Shown piece after piece: positions 59,164 through 64,000 of a stretch of DNA of 64,000 nt. Position 1 is the stretch's first letter. Each line of letters starts with the position of its first letter. The notes under the pieces were generated by a model that saw nothing but the letters and a program-made list of their open reading frames with translations, did not search any database and was not told the DNA's origin. Origin of the DNA: Rhynchopus sp. YZ270_cl-10 (lineage: Eukaryota); the NCBI GenBank assembly GCA_964035575.1, contig OZ037844.1, forward strand, positions 806,001 to 870,000, in the 5' to 3' direction. A program made the position numbers and the translations under genes.

Positions 59164-59852
59164 GGTTTGTGTGTGGTCTCTGTATCTTGCGTGGTGTGGC
59201 CTTTTTGAGGTGGGTGATGCACACCCTATTCGATTCTACGGCAGGGCAATGCATTGTGGGGGTTGAATAAACACAGTTTTTTTCTCTATTCTTTTTCAAA
59301 TCTCATTCTATTCATACAAAAGGCTAGATATTCGCATTGCTGAACGTACATTTCTCTCCTATTTTTCTCCCCATCTGAACCCCACCCCCATCCCCTCCCT
59401 CCTCCTTTCCCCTTCACCCATCCACACAGATGAAGTGCATGCCGTTTACCTTCATGAACCCAGACAGAACGGAGGTGCCCACAACTGCGCCAGATATTGA
59501 AGTTGCAGTACTACAAGCTCCGCCAGAACCTGTACCGGCACGTAGACGGAAGCACGGCCCAATGCGAAATACTCTCATGAGAAAATCGGGGCCTGCGGTG
59601 GGTTCGTAGTGGTGTTGGCGCAAGAAAGATTGCACTCGTGATGGGGCGATGGTGAAGCAGCTGAGGCCAGACGACCGCCACAGTGGGATGAGCAACACCA
59701 TCCACAAATACGATGCCTTCAGTGGTAGCCTCTCTCGTGGTCGTGCGCTGTGGGAAGCAAAGACTCTCTCTCGAACACAGCGGTGTGAAGTGGAGTCCAG
59801 GCGTCGCTAACTGGCATCGGTGTCAGTATCAGTGTCATCATCAGTGCCATCA

Positions 59853-60911
59853 TCAATCAACCTCTGCCCCTGCATCAATGAGCAACTTCGACACATCTGA
59901 GTGCTTCCTTGACACTGCACGGCGCAGTGGAGTGAGGCCACTGTTATTTGACTGATTCACATCCACCTCAGGCATGCACAGAAGAGCACGCACAGTCTCG
60001 GTGTGCCCCCAGTACACTGCGTACATAAGACATGTGTCTCCTATGTTTTCTGTGACACACACTCTCGCACCTGCTTTGACCAACAACTTCACAGCATCGA
60101 GTGCCCCTTCCCTGCAGGCACGGTGCAGAGGTGAAGATCCTTCCTCGTCCTTTGCCTCGATGTCTGCACCTGCATCAATGAGCACCTCCGCCACTTGAGG
60201 ATGGTTTTCTTGAGCTGCAAAGTGCAACGCAGTGAGGTTGTCCTCTTCTGAGTGATTCACATCCACCTCAGGCAAACTCACAAGATAACGCACAGTCTCG
60301 GTGTGTCCGAAATATGCCGCAAGCGTAAGACACGTGTCTCCTTCGTTGTCTGTAGTACGCACTCTTGCACCTGCTTCAACCAACATCTTCACAACTGCGA
60401 ACTTTCCTGAAGGACTCGCCCTAAGCAGAGGTGAACGTCCCCTCTCGTCCTTTGTCTCGATGTCTGCCCCTGCATCAATGAGCACCTGACACACTGCAGG
60501 GTCCGCCCACATGGCTGGACACGGTCTATTACCTTTGCTATCTTCCGCTAACCCATGTGGGACAAACGCAACGTTGCTGCAGACTGACTTCCAATGTTGC
60601 AAGAGGACCTCCGTGCACGCAGTGTGGTCTGCGTGGACGCACTCACTCAGCAGCATCCCGAAGCCCATCTGCGTTGTCTCAACATACGGAAGAAGCAGTG
60701 CGAAGCATTCATCGTGGTTCCCTCTGCATGCCTCGTGCACAGCATCGAAGGAAACCGTTTTGCTGTCTGTGTGTGAGCTGAGCATCTCAAGTCCCGCCCG
60801 CACGGCAGTCGTGTCGCCGTTCCTGGCAGCCTCCACCAAGACCTCGTCTGCAGAAATCTTTCTTCTCTTTGGTGCCTTCTCTGCAGTGCTGTCTGTGTGT
60901 CGCTTCCCCAT
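59853..60911 (-). CDS. Ankyrin-repeat family paralogue 8 (352 aa, 2 triplets)
   Basis: Constant N-terminus plus ankyrin repeats. Confidence 0.88.
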   Translation of the reverse strand: MGKRHTDSTAEKAPKRRKISADEVLVEAARNGDTTAVRAGLEMLSSHTDSKTVSFDAVHEACRGNHDECFALLLPYVETTQMGFGMLLSECVHADHTACTEVLLQHWKSVCSNVAFVPHGLAEDSKGNRPCPAMWADPAVCQVLIDAGADIETKDERGRSPLLRASPSGKFAVVKMLVEAGARVRTTDNEGDTCLTLAAYFGHTETVRYLVSLPEVDVNHSEEDNLTALHFAAQENHPQVAEVLIDAGADIEAKDEEGSSPLHRACREGALDAVKLLVKAGARVCVTENIGDTCLMYAVYWGHTETVRALLCMPEVDVNQSNNSGLTPLRRAVSRKHSDVSKLLIDAGAEVD

Positions 60912-61569
60912 GGTTTGTGTGTGGTCTCTGTGTCTTTCTTGGTATGGTCTTTTTGAGGTGGGTGATGCACACCCTATTCGATTCTACAGCAGGGCAATGC
61001 AATGTGGGATTCAATAAACACAGTTTTTTATTCTCTGTTATTTTTTTAGTAGTTTCGACAATCACGTGCCCGAGGACGGGTTCTGTACACAAATCCGCCC
61101 GAAGGCTAATGAATATCAAAGGTATTGATGCAGATCATCCTCAACCCAAAGAAATCTCTTTTAAATTTTTCTTTTAAATGAAACAACACATGGTTGCTGT
61201 TTACTCCGCACTGAAACAATGAAACACGGGAGGGCGCACACACTCTGATGAGGAAGAAAGACAGCCAGTGGGTCCATCATAAGGGATGTCTTGAAGTGGG
61301 AAAGGGTTTACGACACGGTTGTCGTAGGGGGCTATTTTATTTTTTTGATCAAATAGAAGTGAAATTCTATTATTTCAGGCACGATGCTGTAGGCTGTAGA
61401 AGGGGGGGGGGGGGGGTCTCAACTGAAGGCAACGGGGGGGTTTTTATTTTTCCTTCCTTCAAAACTCACAACGCTTTTTGGTTTTTGGGAGACACAACAA
61501 GGTGCCAGGTTCTATGATATGCACGGAACCACCCTACACCTGTTTGTCATGTTGTTTCCCGTGCAATAC

Positions 61570-62095
61570 ATGGAGAAACGTTTCGCGCTCGAAACTAGGG
61601 AAACAATGACAAACAGGTGCAGGGTTTTTTTTTTTGAATTTGCTGCATTTGCATATTTTTCTGATTTATGACAAAGAACAAGAGATACGTATGAAAAATT
61701 CACTAAAATGGGCGTGCCTGGCCGCAAATCGCCCTGGGGATCACTCATATATTTCAATAAACCACCTGACGACCTTGACAGAGCATTTTTTGTCCCAAAA
61801 GAAAATACATGTTTTGTGAAAAAAAGCCCAAGAACTGCGTCACGTTTGCGTCACGCTTTGGTGCCAAAATTGAACACTTGCCAAGAAATTCCTCCAATCA
61901 GACAAAACTCCTTCTAAACACCTGAAAACCACTTCAGTCGACACCCGCTGGGGGTCCCGGGGTGGAAATGTATGGAGGGAAACATGGGAAACATTTCGCA
62001 CTTGAAACTAGGGAAATAATGACAACACAGGTGCAGGGGTTTTTGAATTTGATGCGTTTTGCAGTATTTTTTTTATGACAAAGAACAAGAGATAA
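61570..62095. repeat. Imperfect direct repeat of about 115 bp (about 61570-61688 and 61987-62093)
   Basis: GAAAC..TTTCGC..GAAACTAGGGAAA.AATGACAA..CAGGTGCAGGG..ATGACAAAGAACAAGAGATA occurs twice. Confidence 0.7.
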
Positions 62096-62187
62096 GCAAG
62101 AAGGGCAACGATTGGCTATGTGCCGACAGAGCTAAAAGAAGCATGTATCCAGCTGCTCCAGAGGGAGGTATCAGAGAAACGTCATTA

Positions 62188-62428
62188 CCGACCCTCCCCC
62201 GTGAAATTGTCCCCCCTGGGAGAAAAAGTGAGGGGGGGACAATATCACGTACGGCAAAAAGGGGGGACAATTTCTCGTACTGTAGGGGGATGGCCGTTTT
62301 GGTGTGAAGAAGGGGGAGCAAAGGTTGTCCCTGCGACTCCCTTGAAATTGCCCCCCCCTGCCTTGAAATTGTCCGTCGGGGCAAAATACCGGTTTTTTGG
62401 GGGGGACAATTTCACGGGGGAGGGTCGG
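62188..62428. mobile_element. 241-bp MITE (superfamily uncertain)
   Basis: 29-bp TIR CCGACCCTCCCCCGTGAAATTGTCCCCCC with internal GGGGGACAAT motifs. Flanks are TA and CA. Confidence 0.78.
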
Positions 62429-62463
62429 CAAAAAAAAAAAAAAAAAAAACGCCACGTCGAGCG

Positions 62464-63339
62464 CAGGGCTCGCGCTAAAGTCCATCCCTCATCCCGGGAT
62501 TTTTGGGGGTTTTGGTAGGAACGTTTTTTTTTTGCAGTACGGGGATTTCATTAAGAAACCAGAAGTTCTAATATTGTTGAGTAAGACCACCACATAGTGG
62601 ACTTGCATATACATGTGACCCCGCCGTGGAACGCAATTGGCTCGGAAAGTCAAAAGAAAGAGGAGAAAAAAGAAAAGGAAAAAAAAAAAAAAAAGTTGGT
62701 TACCGTGCGCCTGCGGCGCTGCCTGTTCCCTTCCAGTTTCTACAGGCAAACACTTGCCCCCTTTACCTTACACTGACGGGTTTTGACCAAAACCAAGAAC
62801 TTGTCCATTTCGGCAAATTGACCCCACCACACAACGGACGAATTCCGGAAATGCAAATGCCGGTGTTTTCGGGCATTTTCATGTTGCAAGACGTCAGGAT
62901 CAGGGAGAGAAAATCTGGTTGTGGGATTTACATTGGCCCTCTTTACCCACATGGATTTTGACCAAAACCAAAAAATTGGCCATTTCGGCAAAGTGACCCC
63001 ACCACAGCGCGGACGGATTCCGGAAATTCCAATCGCGGTATGTTTTGGGGCTGAAAACCCACTGATTTTCAGGAGAAAAATTGCTTCCAAATCTCCGAAT
63101 TTTCCGAATTTTCCTGAAAATGACCCTTGTTTACGAGTATGGGTTCATATTTTGCGAAAATTTAAGTCACTAAAATTTTGTCCATTTTTCCGTATATACC
63201 CCACCACAAGCCGGGATTGGCCCGGAAATGCCACAAAACGGGGTTTCCGGGCCTCCCCAGCTAACCTTTTCAAGGAACGTTTTTCCGTACCCGAAATCCA
63301 TTTTTTCCCCATTTTTTCCCATAATTAGCGCGACCACTG
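62464..63339. mobile_element. Non-autonomous hAT element (876 bp)
   Basis: TIRs CAGGGCTCGCGCTAA / CAGTGGTCGCGCTAA. 8-bp TSD GTCGAGCG at 62456-62463 and 63340-63347. Confidence 0.88.
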
Positions 63340-64000
63340 GTCGAGCGTGGCAGAAATATCGCAAGAAAATCACCTGAAAACGTTAGCAAGCATCCAGTAC
63401 TCCATACTAAGAGAACCCTAGAGCACTACTCATGAAACACTCACTAACATTCACGGAGCAGAGGGAGCGAAGGGTGCACATAGCACCGAGAAAGAAACAC
63501 AAAAGACCACCTGAGCATCCCGTACTCTGCCTACGAGAGACCACAAGCTCTCTTCCCAGGACAGGCGAGCCCATCAGTGCTCTGTCCAATCCACGAGATC
63601 AACCAGGATCTTAACAAAACTACCACAGGTTGGTGTGACCTATACAGGGGTAGTGGTATACCTTAGAAGGACCTTAGAAGGACCTTTTTTACACCTTTTT
63701 TTTTGGGGGGTGCTAAAATTATTTTGTGTACATTTTTTTGGTGGTTTTTTGTGGCCAGAAATTTTCCCCAGAAATTTTTACCCCCAAAAAATCAAAAAAA
63801 TATTTTTTTGATTTCGGTGCACCGGAGCCTGTGCGTGCTGTGATGGGGTCACTTTGAGCTCAGAAATGAGTATTTTTGACCTCAAATGCATGTGTCAGTT
63901 TTTACAGGCCATTTTCAAGTTTTGTGTGCAAAATATGGTCAGTACTTGACTCCTGAAGGAAAAGTACAAAATGAACGTGGGGCAAGTTTGCGTAGATGCG

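Larger units (their letters stand above)
57783..61035. repeat. Tandem duplication, about 57783-59290 and 59520-61035 (ANK7/ANK8 units)
   Basis: Matching 5' and 3' flanks and coding regions. Confidence 0.88.

Noticed and set aside
63645..64000. Possible further hAT left end (CAGGGGTAG.., CCTTAGAAGG repeats)
   Set aside because: No partner TIR or TSD inside the window.

Overview
Eukaryotic, repeat-rich genomic DNA. All 14 credible host genes and the transposase lie on the minus strand. Several genes have pyrimidine-rich tracts upstream, and a few short GT-AG introns are present. This layout suggests a euglenozoan, probably a diplonemid-like protist (inference only). Host genes: an ELAPOR/KIAA1324-like receptor with an inserted PA domain (2 exons), a RING E3 ligase, a ZIP metal transporter (3 exons), a Ubl-LRR protein, three hypotheticals and eight ankyrin-repeat paralogues. 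The ankyrin genes share a constant N-terminus with an NLS-like motif and a hypervariable loop. Each carries 2-8 shuffled copies of a 300-bp three-ankyrin module and a variable tail, resembling a natural DARPin-like repertoire. Twelve terminal-inverted-repeat elements plus a foldback were delimited by eye. They include one apparently intact hAT transposon with a 47-nt intron and six non-autonomous hATs, five with explicit 8-bp TSDs. There are also Harbinger-like (3-bp TSD) and MULE-like (9-bp TSD) elements. Two insertions are confirmed by empty paralogous sites inside the window. Elements with different termini share the same internal cores, which are studded with GNA-triloop hairpins.
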